Assembly (NCBI GenBank): GCA_030531185.1
Contig: JAUNOG010000007.1
Coordinates: forward strand, 508 to 64,507
DNA: 64,000 bases
Direction: 5' to 3'
From: Ruminococcus sp.
GTDB taxonomy: Bacteria > Bacillota > Clostridia > Oscillospirales > Ruminococcaceae
Shown here: one piece after another, positions 1 to 9,510 of the stretch
How positions within the stretch are numbered: the stretch's first letter is position 1
How the letters are laid out: every line of letters begins with the position of its first letter
The notes under the pieces: model-generated
What the model was told of the DNA's origin: nothing
Databases searched by the model: none
Seen by the model: the letters and a program-made list of their open reading frames with translations, nothing else
Position numbers and translations under genes: made by a program

Positions 1-732
1 AGAACGGTCTACTCTCCTATGGACGCTGTGGACTACGCAAGGGAAAATCCCGATAAGCAGGTAGTTTTCCTTGCGGTAGGCTTTGAGACCACAACGCCCT
101 CCGCCTGTCTTGCTGTGGAAAAGGCGAAAAGCGAGGGACTGCAAAACTTCTCGGTACTCGGAGCGAACAAAACGATGCCCAACGCGTATCAGGTACTTAA
201 AAACAGCGCGGACGCATTCCTTTACCCGGGACACGTCAACGCTATCACAGGCACGCAAATATGCGAGGACTTGTGCAGGCAGGGCGTGTCGGGTGTGGTA
301 ACGGGCTTTACCGCCTCTGAGCTTTTGACCGCTCTTGCGGTGACGGTCACGCTTGCGCAGAAGGGAGAACCGTTTTTCAGAAACTGCTATCCCAGAGTGG
401 TAAAAGCGGAGGGAAATCCTGCGGCTCGGAAATTGGTCGAAAAAGTAATGCGACCCTGCGACAGCGAGTGGAGAGGTCTGGGAGTAATACCTATGTCGGG
501 GCTTGCGCTGAAAGACGAGTACGGGGATTTCGACGCACGGAAAAAATACAATATCCCCAAGATAGAGGGCAAGCCGAACCCTGCCTGCCGCTGCGGAGAC
601 GTCCTGCAAGGAAAATGCAAGCCAAGCGACTGCAGGGTTTTCGGGAAGGTGTGTACTCCTCAGCACCCCATTGGAGCGTGTATGGTATCGGGCGAGGGGG
701 CTTGCTCGGCTTATTATCAGTATGGGACTTAA
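1..732 (+). CDS. hypD: Hydrogenase maturation protein HypD, 5'-truncated by the window edge
   Basis: Frame is open from base 1 (RTVYSPMDAV); motifs GFETT, PGHV and C-terminal Cys cluster CRCG...CTP..PIGACMVSGEGAC. Confidence 0.95.
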   Translation, partial: RTVYSPMDAVDYARENPDKQVVFLAVGFETTTPSACLAVEKAKSEGLQNFSVLGANKTMPNAYQVLKNSADAFLYPGHVNAITGTQICEDLCRQGVSGVVTGFTASELLTALAVTVTLAQKGEPFFRNCYPRVVKAEGNPAARKLVEKVMRPCDSEWRGLGVIPMSGLALKDEYGDFDARKKYNIPKIEGKPNPACRCGDVLQGKCKPSDCRVFGKVCTPQHPIGACMVSGEGACSAYYQYGT

Positions 733-780
733 ATTAACTTACAGTGTACAATTATATAGAAATTGTTAGAGGTTAACTGT

Positions 781-1014
781 ATGGATAACAGAGAATTCTT
801 GAATTTAAAAATCGGTACTGTAATATTGAACAGATTTGACAAGAGTAAATATTTTGTGATATATGATAACGATCAAATGGGAAGTAAGTACAAAGGGAAA
901 GAATATGCAGTATATGGTGCAAAAGAAATTAATTCAGACAAACCCGATTACATAAGAATAGATAAAAACACCGCTAAATTCTGTTTAATTAACGGAAAAA
1001 TACTAAAAGAATAA
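781..1014 (+). CDS. Small AT-rich hypothetical protein
   Basis: AGAGG RBS before ATG 781; visibly lower GC than the flanking hyp genes. Confidence 0.55.
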   Translation: MDNREFLNLKIGTVILNRFDKSKYFVIYDNDQMGSKYKGKEYAVYGAKEINSDKPDYIRIDKNTAKFCLINGKILKE

Positions 1015-1138
1015 ATTTATTGGGGCAGTTTTTATGAATAAAAAGAAGAACGACAGTAAATGGATTGGATTTAGGCGTAATTAAAACTGTATGTACCAAG
1101 TAAAACCTTAAAACCGCAACTTATGAAAAGAGGTATAT

Positions 1139-1762
1139 ATGAAATTACAAGAAAATATAAAATGGTTATTTTTTGATATCGGTTCAACTTTGATTGATGA
1201 AAGTCCGGCTTATGAAAACAGAATGAGAACTGTTGCAAAAACAGCAAATGTAACATATGAATATGTTTATGATACTGCCATGGAGTTCTATAAACAGAAC
1301 AAAAAGGGCGATCTGGAAACTATAAAATTGTTAAATGTTAAAAAGCCCGAATGGAGAAAAGAAGACGAGATTTTGTATAGTGATACAGAAGAATGTCTTA
1401 AAGAGTTAAGCAGTAAATATAAGATCGGAGTTATCGCTAACCAATCGTTGGGAACAGCAGATCGTCTGGCAAACTTCGGCATATTAAAATACATTGATTT
1501 GGTTATCGCTTCAGCGGAGGAGGGTATTGCAAAACCGGATAAAAGAATATTTGAGATCGCTTTAAAAAGAGCTGATTGCAGACCCGAACAGGCAATTATG
1601 ATCGGAGACAGGATAGATAACGATATTGTTCCTGCTAAGAGGTTGGGAATGAAAACCATATGGGTCAAGCAAGGGTTCAACAGATATTGGAATATCACCA
1701 GTGAAGAAGAAAAGGCTGATTATACTGTTAATGATCTTATGGAGATTTGCGGTATTGTATAG
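1139..1762 (+). CDS. HAD-superfamily hydrolase
   Basis: Motif I FDIGSTL, KPD, GDRIDNDI; AT-rich. Confidence 0.9.
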   Translation: MKLQENIKWLFFDIGSTLIDESPAYENRMRTVAKTANVTYEYVYDTAMEFYKQNKKGDLETIKLLNVKKPEWRKEDEILYSDTEECLKELSSKYKIGVIANQSLGTADRLANFGILKYIDLVIASAEEGIAKPDKRIFEIALKRADCRPEQAIMIGDRIDNDIVPAKRLGMKTIWVKQGFNRYWNITSEEEKADYTVNDLMEICGIV

Positions 1763-1838
1763 GAGAATTGCAAACTTGGATATATAAGTTCGCTAAATCC
1801 TGCTTTAGAAAAACAAATAACCGAAAAGAGGTCATAAT

Positions 1839-2846
1839 ATGTCAAACGAATACGTCACCCTTGCTCACGGCGCAGGCGGAAAACAAACGTCGGAGCTTAT
1901 AGAAAAGGTGTTCAAAGCCCACTTTGCAAATCCTCAGTTCACCGCGGACGACGCGGCTGTGCTGAATATCGGAACGGAACGTCTTGCGTTCACTACCGAC
2001 GGCTTTGTGGTTTCCCCCATTGAATTTGCGGGAGGAAACATAGGCAAGCTGTCCGTCTGCGGAACAGTCAACGATCTTGCCTGTATGGGCGCAAAGCCTT
2101 TGTATATGACCTGCGCCTTTGTTATCGAGGAGGGCTTTCCCCTTGACAAGCTGGAGGAAATAGCCGCCGCAATGGAAAAAACCGCCGACGAGGCAGGCGT
2201 AAAGATAGTCGCAGGCGATACCAAGGTCGCAGGAAAAGGACAGGTCGATAAGGTCTTTATCACCACAACGGGCATCGGCAGAATTTTGGACAACGCCCGC
2301 ACCTCGGGAGCATACGCAAAGCCCGGCGACGCTGTTATCGTAAGCGGAGACGTAGGCAGACACGGCTGTACAATCCTGCTGGCAAGAGACGAATTCGGCA
2401 TCGAGGCAGACGTTTCAAGCGACTGCGCTCCCCTTTGGAATACCGTTGAAAGAATGTATCAGGCAACGGATAATATCCACGTCATAAGAGACGCTACCCG
2501 AGGAGGAGTAGGCACAGTCCTCTATGAGATCGCAGGACAAAGCGGAGCGGGTATCTGCCTTGAGGCTGAAAAAATTCCCGTGGCGGACGAGGTAAAGGGC
2601 GTATGCGGTATGCTTGGACTTGAACCGCTGTATCTTGCCTGCGAGGGCAGACTGGTTATTTTCGCTCCCGAAAGCGAGGCGGAGAAAATAGTTTCGGCGC
2701 TCAGGGAATGCCCCTACTCAAAAAACGCCGCAGTGATCGGCAGAGTTACCGCCGAAAATACGGGCAAGGTCATAATGAAAACAGAGATCGGCGCGGAAAC
2801 GCTCCTGCCTCAGCCAAGCGGAGAACTGCTCCCGAGGATTTGTTAG
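1839..2846 (+). CDS. hypE: Hydrogenase maturation protein HypE (carbamoyl dehydratase)
   Basis: HGAGG, DDAA, TTDGFVV, GDTKV, RDATRGG and the C-terminal LPRIC. Confidence 0.97.
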   Translation: MSNEYVTLAHGAGGKQTSELIEKVFKAHFANPQFTADDAAVLNIGTERLAFTTDGFVVSPIEFAGGNIGKLSVCGTVNDLACMGAKPLYMTCAFVIEEGFPLDKLEEIAAAMEKTADEAGVKIVAGDTKVAGKGQVDKVFITTTGIGRILDNARTSGAYAKPGDAVIVSGDVGRHGCTILLARDEFGIEADVSSDCAPLWNTVERMYQATDNIHVIRDATRGGVGTVLYEIAGQSGAGICLEAEKIPVADEVKGVCGMLGLEPLYLACEGRLVIFAPESEAEKIVSALRECPYSKNAAVIGRVTAENTGKVIMKTEIGAETLLPQPSGELLPRIC

Positions 2847-2947
2847 TACCGTTTGAAAAACGTTACGATTGGAAAATAACAAATATAATTTGCAAATAAT
2901 TTTACGGAATACTTAAAATATCAATTATTATATTTGGAGGTTTTATT

Positions 2948-3436
2948 ATGGCTTTTGTAAACGCATATTTAACAGAAGAAGAAAAGGCAAGGTTCAGTGA
3001 GGCGAAAATACCTGATCCACGTTGGAATTTGCCTAAATATTGCTTAGATCCACGTAGATGGACTATTGACAAGGAAAGAGAAATTGCATTGATTAATTGT
3101 GGGGTAGCAGATAGGAATAATTATGAAATAGGAACTTTTGCCTTTGTTAACACTCATATAGAAAAACGACAGGTATTATCTTTCAATGTAGTAAGAAAAT
3201 ATCAGACGAAAGAAAAAAATGAAATGTTAAAAAAGAAGTATAATGTAGAATTGGTAAAAAGTTGGGATTTGATAGGAATAGATAATTTTAAAAAATTTTC
3301 CATTATTCCTTCTTTTGAAAATTTTGTTGAATTACTTTCAGAAGCTTTGACCGTATATGGAGTTGATGGTGAGCCAGGTCTCGTGTTAAGTGTAAAAGCT
3401 TTAGTGGAAGTGAAATGTGGAGATCATAATGCGTAA
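2948..3436 (+). CDS. AT-rich hypothetical protein
   Basis: GGAGG RBS; 162-aa ORF with very AT-rich codons. Confidence 0.7.
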   Translation: MAFVNAYLTEEEKARFSEAKIPDPRWNLPKYCLDPRRWTIDKEREIALINCGVADRNNYEIGTFAFVNTHIEKRQVLSFNVVRKYQTKEKNEMLKKKYNVELVKSWDLIGIDNFKKFSIIPSFENFVELLSEALTVYGVDGEPGLVLSVKALVEVKCGDHNA

Positions 3437-3621
3437 AGATTGAAACGAATATGTATTTTGAATATAAATTTATCAGTCATAAACGCTGCGAAGAATTGAT
3501 AATATGAGAATACCTTGCCCATAGGGTGGAATGAGGGTTTCTGCAAACATATTCGGGTAATACTGCATAATATTAATATCTATAAAATTATTAAATTATA
3601 GCAAAATCTATAAAAAAACAG

Positions 3622-3651
3622 TTGACAAATATACCCCTTTTGTTGTACAAT
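3622..3651 (+). promoter_or_regulatory. Sigma-A-type promoter of xylA
   Basis: TTGACA-18 nt-TACAAT. Confidence 0.6.
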
Positions 3652-3700
3652 TATATTGTAATCGTTTTTACGATATTTTGTTTTACGGAGGTATAATAAA

Positions 3701-5026
3701 ATGGCGGAATTTTTTAAGGATATTCCAAAGATCAAGTATGAGGGAGTTGACAGCACAAATCCTCTCTCGTTCAAGTACTACAATCCCGACGAGGTTGTAA
3801 TGGGCAAAACTATGAGAGAACAGCTTAAATTTGCGCTTTCATGGTGGCACACAATGGGCGGCGACGGAACCGATATGTTCGGCTGCGGTACTGCCGACAA
3901 AACGTGGGGCGAGGATACTCCCGAGGCAAGAGCCAAGGCTAAGGTAGACGCCGCTTTTGAAATTATGGACAAGCTCTCTATAGACTATTTCTGCTATCAC
4001 GACAGAGACATTTCCCCCGAGTATGGCAGTCTTGAAGAAACAAACGCAAAGTTCGACGAGGTCATCGACTACATCGAAGAAAAGATGAAGGCTGATCCAA
4101 GCAAAAAGCTCCTCTGGGGTACTGCTAAGTGCTTCGATCACCCGAGATATATGCACGGCGCAGGTACGTCTCCTTCCGCAGACGTTTTCGCATATGCTGC
4201 CGCTCAGATCAAGAAGGCAGTTGAGTCCACAGTCAAGCTCGGCGGTACGGGCTATGTATTCTGGGGCGGACGCGAGGGCTATGAAACTCTTTTGAACACA
4301 AATATGGGTCTTGAGCTTGACAATATGGCAAGACTTATGAAGATGACAGTTGAGTATGCTCGTTCTATCGGCTTTACGGGCGATTTCTATATCGAGCCTA
4401 AGCCAAAGGAGCCTACTAAGCACCAGTACGATTTCGATACCGCAACTGTTCTCGGTTTCCTGAGAAAGTACGGTCTCGATAAGGATTTCAAGATGAATAT
4501 CGAGGCAAACCACGCAACGCTTGCACAGCATACGTTCCAGCACGAGCTGAGAGTTGCAAGAGACAACGGCGTGTTCGGTTCGATCGACGCAAACCAGGGC
4601 GACCCGCTGCTTGGCTGGGATACTGACCAGTTCCCGACCAACGCATACGACGCAACAATGTGTATGTATGAGGTACTCAAGGCAGGCGGATTTACAAACG
4701 GCGGACTTAACTTCGACGCTAAGGCAAGAAGAGGTTCGTATACTCCCGAGGATATCTTCCTCAGCTACATTGCAGGTATGGATACCTTTGCTCTCGGTCT
4801 GAAGGCAGCTGCAAAGCTCATTGAGGACGGCAGACTTGACAAGTTCGTAGACGACAGATATGCGTCATGGACAACAGGTATCGGCGCAGACATCATAGCA
4901 GGCAAAGCGACAATGGCAGACCTTGAAAAGTATGCTCTTGAAAAGGGCGAGGTAACAGGCTCCCTTACAAGCGGCAGACAGGAATATCTGGAGAGCGTAG
5001 TAAATCAGGTAATGTTCAATCTGTAA
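3701..5026 (+). CDS. xylA: Xylose isomerase (class II)
   Basis: [55 protein letters not shown]. Confidence 0.98.
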   Translation: MAEFFKDIPKIKYEGVDSTNPLSFKYYNPDEVVMGKTMREQLKFALSWWHTMGGDGTDMFGCGTADKTWGEDTPEARAKAKVDAAFEIMDKLSIDYFCYHDRDISPEYGSLEETNAKFDEVIDYIEEKMKADPSKKLLWGTAKCFDHPRYMHGAGTSPSADVFAYAAAQIKKAVESTVKLGGTGYVFWGGREGYETLLNTNMGLELDNMARLMKMTVEYARSIGFTGDFYIEPKPKEPTKHQYDFDTATVLGFLRKYGLDKDFKMNIEANHATLAQHTFQHELRVARDNGVFGSIDANQGDPLLGWDTDQFPTNAYDATMCMYEVLKAGGFTNGGLNFDAKARRGSYTPEDIFLSYIAGMDTFALGLKAAAKLIEDGRLDKFVDDRYASWTTGIGADIIAGKATMADLEKYALEKGEVTGSLTSGRQEYLESVVNQVMFNL

Positions 5027-5038
5027 TAAAAGGATATT

Positions 5039-5069
5039 AAAGGCGCAGTCGAATGGCTGCGCTTTTTTT
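5039..5069 (+). terminator. Intrinsic terminator after xylA
   Basis: GGCGCAGTC-GAAT-GGCTGCGCT followed by a T run. Confidence 0.85.
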
Positions 5070-5225
5070 AGTTATAAAAATCTGAACATAATTTTTGTGC
5101 ATACTGCCTTGAAATCCAACGCTAAATTTGTATCATTGTATATAGAAAAAAACAGCGTAATTTGGTATAATTAATATGTATAATTGCGGGCGGAAGTCCG
5201 AAACCTCATTAACAGGAGCATTGCT

Positions 5226-6284
5226 ATGAAAAAATTACTAAAAGGAAAATTATATAGAAAGGCGGTCGCATTCCTTACTGCGGCAGCGGCTTTGTGTACC
5301 TCGGGCTGTTATCTTCTTCCCGATGAGGAGGAGGTCTTAAATCCTCCTACCGTCAAGGCGAGCGACGTAAGCTATACTACGGTCACAGCCAAGAAAAAGG
5401 ATCTGGAAAAGAAAATCGTATGCACGGGAACCGTCACTGCCGAAAATCAGTATAATCTGTCCTACGAAAAGCAAAGCGGAGCAATTTCCAAGTTCTATGT
5501 ACGCGCAGGAGATACTGTTAAAGAAGGCGACGTTATCTGCGATATAGATACCTACGAACTGGAATATCAGATAGAGGAAAAAGAACTGAGCCTGAAAAAA
5601 GCTCAGCTTAACGTGGACATTATCTATGAAAGCGGAGGCTCGCAGGCGCAGATAGACTCAGCATACGTCGACGTTCAGCTTTTAGAGAGAGAGCTTGATA
5701 AGCTGAAAAAACAGAAAGAGGACGCAAGCCTTAAATCTCCTATAGACGGTATCGTTTCCTCGATCGCCGACGTAAGAGCGGGGGACAGCGTAAGTCCCGG
5801 ACAGAAAATTGCTACGGTCATCGATACCTCTGCGCTGTATATCGCCATAAAGCCCGAGGATATGACTAAGTTTGACGTGGGTACTTCCCTGAGTATCAGA
5901 ATTGATAAGGAATATTACGACGGAGAGGTCTTTATGAACCCTGCCGCTCTCGCCGAATATCAGGACGAGAAAAAGGAGGATCATAACGACGTTGACGATA
6001 CGGGTATAGAATATGAGGCGGATACCGTTTATGTGCGCTTTACGAATACTCCGCCCACCGAGGCAGTGGGACAGCTTGCAGACGTCGTGCTTGTCCTTGA
6101 CTCTGTCACCGACGCTGTGGTGATATCCAATAACCTTATCAAAACGGTTGACGGCGAAAAGGTCGTTTACGTTCTTAAGGACGGCGAAAAGGTTGCCGTA
6201 ACAGTCGAAACGGGACTTGAAACAGGCTCTCAGACAGAGATCGTTTCGGGAATAAACGAGGGCGACGAGCTTATTCTCAAATAA
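5226..6284 (+). CDS. Membrane-fusion/adaptor (MacA/HlyD-like) lipoprotein
   Basis: Lipobox-like TSGC; GDTVKEGD lipoyl half, coiled coil, SPIDGIV, C-terminal VETGLET..EIVSG; start moved to ATG after AGGAG. Confidence 0.85.
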   Translation: MKKLLKGKLYRKAVAFLTAAAALCTSGCYLLPDEEEVLNPPTVKASDVSYTTVTAKKKDLEKKIVCTGTVTAENQYNLSYEKQSGAISKFYVRAGDTVKEGDVICDIDTYELEYQIEEKELSLKKAQLNVDIIYESGGSQAQIDSAYVDVQLLERELDKLKKQKEDASLKSPIDGIVSSIADVRAGDSVSPGQKIATVIDTSALYIAIKPEDMTKFDVGTSLSIRIDKEYYDGEVFMNPAALAEYQDEKKEDHNDVDDTGIEYEADTVYVRFTNTPPTEAVGQLADVVLVLDSVTDAVVISNNLIKTVDGEKVVYVLKDGEKVAVTVETGLETGSQTEIVSGINEGDELILK

Positions 6285-6326
6285 GAGCGGTTCAAACTTC
6301 ATTTCCCAGAAAGGAACAAAGGCTAA

Positions 6327-9293
6327 ATGTTTACACTTTTGATAAGAAAAATGCGCAACACCAAATGGATGGTACTGTGCATTCTGATCGGATTTATTAT
6401 GGCGTCCGCTATGATGAGTACCATACCGATCTATATGAACGCCTCTTTGCAGAGAATGCTTGTTAAGGATATGGAGGCTTTTCAGGAGGAATATCATATC
6501 TATCCCGGATCGTATAATACGAGCTTTAGCATAAAAAGCGGTAAGTCGGCGGAAAAGCAGGCTGAAGAGATAGACGAGTATATAGCGACGGTAAATTCTC
6601 AGTTTGAGAAAATGGGCGTTCCCGATAACGGCGGAAAAAAAGTCATTCTTGACGATTATCTGTACTGTAAGTCCTTTTCTATAGAGAACGGCGAGTCTCC
6701 CGCCAGATTGACCTTGGGCGGAATGTCCGATATTGCGGAGCATTCGACGGTCACTTCGGGCAGAATGTTTGAAAGCGGACAGCGCAGCGACGGAGTTTTC
6801 GAGTGCGTTGCAACGGAGAAATCCCTGAAAACCAACGGACTTGCTCTGAACACCGTCTATGAGATCGCTAATGTATTTGATACTGAACGATCCGTAAAAA
6901 TTGAAATAGTAGGTATGCTCGACGTGGGCGACGAAAGCGACGTTTACTGGGCTGAGGGTATCGACGAGGCTTATACCGCCACTGTTTTTACGGATTTCGA
7001 TACTATGCTTTACGGACTTATCCCCACAGGAGCGGTCAACGCGAGCAAGGTAAGATATAATCTGTTTATCGACTACGCAAATATGGATATGGGCGAGCTT
7101 GACGATATCGAGGCGAAATTCACCGAGCAAAAGGCTTATTACAGCGACAATTCCATAACCTTCACAATGCCCGCGAAGGACATTTTAAAGGACTACGGCG
7201 ACAGAGCCTCACAGCTCACGCTTCTGCTTTGGCTCTTGCAGATACCCGTTATTCTTATGATAATTTTCTATCTGTTTATGGTGTCTCAGCTTAACGTTGA
7301 GCAGGAGAAAAACGAGATCGCAGTATTTAAAAGCCGAGGCGCAAGCAGATTGCAGGTCATAGGAATTTACGCAATGGAGTCGCTGGTTCTGGGCATACTT
7401 ACGGCAGTGATCGGTCCCTTTGCAGGTCTGGGACTTTGTAAAATTCTCGGAGCGTCCAACGGTTTTCTGGAATTTGTCAACAGAAAATCCCTGCCCGTTC
7501 ATCTTACGGCAGAGGCTTTCCTGTACGCAGGAGCTGCGGTGCTGGTGTTCTTTATCACCACAATGGTGCCTATCGTTCCCGCCACAAAAACCACTATCGT
7601 TGAGCATAAGCAGTCAAAGGCTAAGAAGAAAAAGCACGCTCTGTGGGAAAAGGTCTGCCTTGACTTTCTGCTTGTCGGTGGCTCCGTCGTATGGCTTTAC
7701 TTCTATAACAAGACGCAGGAAAATCTTATTGCACAGGGACTTACCGACACTACGGCGACGGTCAACCCGCTGATGTTTGTGGCGTCTACGGCGTTTATTC
7801 TCGGTCTGGGTCTTTTCCTTATAAGAATTTATCCGCTTATTATCAGAATTATCAGCCGTATCGGAAAGCGTGTATGGTCTCCCGCACAGTATGTTTCGCT
7901 GACGAATATAGGACGTTCTTCCACAGGCAGAGAAAGATTTTTAATGCTCTTTCTTGTGCTGACCGTCTCTCTTGGAGTTTTCTTTGCAAATACCGCAAGA
8001 GCTCTCAACAGGAGCGCAGAGGAAACTGCTTCCTACGAAATAGGCTGTGACGCAGTACTGACGGAGGAATGGTATTCCAGCGAAACCGAGGCGGCACAGC
8101 AGACTATAGGAGCCTCCGCAGGCGGAGTACAGCAGCCCTCCTCGGGAAACTCGGATACCGAGGACGAGGAAGAGGATACGGAAACGGCAGTCACATACAT
8201 CGAGCCTGTTTTTGAGCGTTTTGAAAAGCTGGACGGCGTAAAAGCCGCCGCAAAGGTTTTCCGAAAGGATAATGTTGAAATAAGCAGCAATAAAATGAGC
8301 GTTGTTAAGAAGTCCTCAAAATCCGACGACGAAGATAAGACAAGAGACGATTTTATGACACAGGACACAAGCTCGTCCAACAGAACGAAAAACGTCCAGT
8401 TAATGACAGTCCAGCCCAGCGAATTTGCAAAGGTGTGTTGGTTTGAAGAAAGACTTCTTCCCGTACATATCAACGAGTATCTCAGCGCGCTGGCGGAGTA
8501 CACTCCGGGAGTGATACTGTCCTCAAGCTTTAAGGATTACGGCTTAAAGCTTGGAGATACGGTGACCTGCAAGTGGGGAGCAAACGACGAGTTTGAGGTA
8601 ACTGTGCTTGCATTTGCCGATTACTGGCCCGGTCTTAACCCCTACAAGGAGGCTAAGGACGGCAGTTATATGGACTTTGCTGTTATGAACTTCGATTACG
8701 TCAACGTTCAGACCAATATGGAGCCGTATCAGGTATGGTTTGATCTGGACGAGGAAACCTCCATACAGGATTTCTATAATTCAATAGACGAGGCGAAAAT
8801 CGAGACCACAAGTATTGCTGTGGCAAGACAGAGCATTGTTGAGAAAAAGAACGACCCTATGCTCCAGGGTATGAACGGCGCGTTGACGTTAGGCTTTATC
8901 ATCATTATGATAATGTGCATAATAGGTTTCCTTATTTACTGGATAATGTCCATAAAGAGCAGAACCCTTCAATTCGGTATTCTGAGAGCAATGGGTATGA
9001 AGTACCGTGAGATCATAGCAATGATAGTTTACGAGCAGATACTTGTGTCGGGCGTAGCGATATTCTGCGCTATCTTTATAGGAGGTATTACAAGCGATCT
9101 GTTTGTTCCGCTTTTCCAGAGCATATTTGACGCAAGTACGCAGGTTCCGCCGTTTGCGGTAATCCCCGAGCGAAGCGATTATTTAAAGCTTTATGCAATA
9201 ATCGGAATAATGCTGCTTTCGGCTTTTGCAGTATTGGGCAGACTTATCGGAAAGATAAATATTTCTAAGGCGCTGAAATTAGGCGAGGATTAA
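6327..9293 (+). CDS. Large FtsX/MacB-family ABC exporter permease
   Basis: Two FtsX signatures (EIAVFKSRGAS; FGILRAMGM) with many TM segments. Confidence 0.9.
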   Translation: MFTLLIRKMRNTKWMVLCILIGFIMASAMMSTIPIYMNASLQRMLVKDMEAFQEEYHIYPGSYNTSFSIKSGKSAEKQAEEIDEYIATVNSQFEKMGVPDNGGKKVILDDYLYCKSFSIENGESPARLTLGGMSDIAEHSTVTSGRMFESGQRSDGVFECVATEKSLKTNGLALNTVYEIANVFDTERSVKIEIVGMLDVGDESDVYWAEGIDEAYTATVFTDFDTMLYGLIPTGAVNASKVRYNLFIDYANMDMGELDDIEAKFTEQKAYYSDNSITFTMPAKDILKDYGDRASQLTLLLWLLQIPVILMIIFYLFMVSQLNVEQEKNEIAVFKSRGASRLQVIGIYAMESLVLGILTAVIGPFAGLGLCKILGASNGFLEFVNRKSLPVHLTAEAFLYAGAAVLVFFITTMVPIVPATKTTIVEHKQSKAKKKKHALWEKVCLDFLLVGGSVVWLYFYNKTQENLIAQGLTDTTATVNPLMFVASTAFILGLGLFLIRIYPLIIRIISRIGKRVWSPAQYVSLTNIGRSSTGRERFLMLFLVLTVSLGVFFANTARALNRSAEETASYEIGCDAVLTEEWYSSETEAAQQTIGASAGGVQQPSSGNSDTEDEEEDTETAVTYIEPVFERFEKLDGVKAAAKVFRKDNVEISSNKMSVVKKSSKSDDEDKTRDDFMTQDTSSSNRTKNVQLMTVQPSEFAKVCWFEERLLPVHINEYLSALAEYTPGVILSSSFKDYGLKLGDTVTCKWGANDEFEVTVLAFADYWPGLNPYKEAKDGSYMDFAVMNFDYVNVQTNMEPYQVWFDLDEETSIQDFYNSIDEAKIETTSIAVARQSIVEKKNDPMLQGMNGALTLGFIIIMIMCIIGFLIYWIMSIKSRTLQFGILRAMGMKYREIIAMIVYEQILVSGVAIFCAIFIGGITSDLFVPLFQSIFDASTQVPPFAVIPERSDYLKLYAIIGIMLLSAFAVLGRLIGKINISKALKLGED

Positions 9294-9351
9294 AAACTGC
9301 TCAGCGGGACGAAATGAAAAGCCGAGCAGAAACTATGACGTAAGTTAAAAA

Positions 9352-9441
9352 GCGGAGGGTCAAGCCCGCCGCGGGAGGGCTTGCGAGGGTTCAAAGGGGC
9401 GAGGAGCCCCTTGTCGCCTCCGCAGAGGCGAAACACCCCCC
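9352..9441. repeat. GC-rich multi-hairpin REP-like element
   Basis: Three adjacent hairpins CAAGCCC/GGGCTTG, AAGGGGC/GCCCCTT, TCGCCTC/GAGGCGA between convergent genes. Confidence 0.55.
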
Positions 9442-9454
9442 TACTATCGGCTAA

Positions 9455-9510
9455 ATAAAAGCGCGGCGCACATCTATCGTGTTTGGTAGGTGTGCGCCGC
9501 GCGCTTTTAT
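9455..9510. terminator. Bidirectional terminator
   Basis: ATAAAAGCGCGGCGCACATCTA / TAGGTGTGCGCCGCGCGCTTTTAT. Confidence 0.8.

Noticed and set aside
5682-7130. 482-aa minus-strand ORF, and similar long antisense ORFs (22231-22983, 28316-29083, 51095-51853)
   Set aside because: They shadow well-supported plus-strand genes, have no recognisable motifs or RBS, and are expected from codon bias
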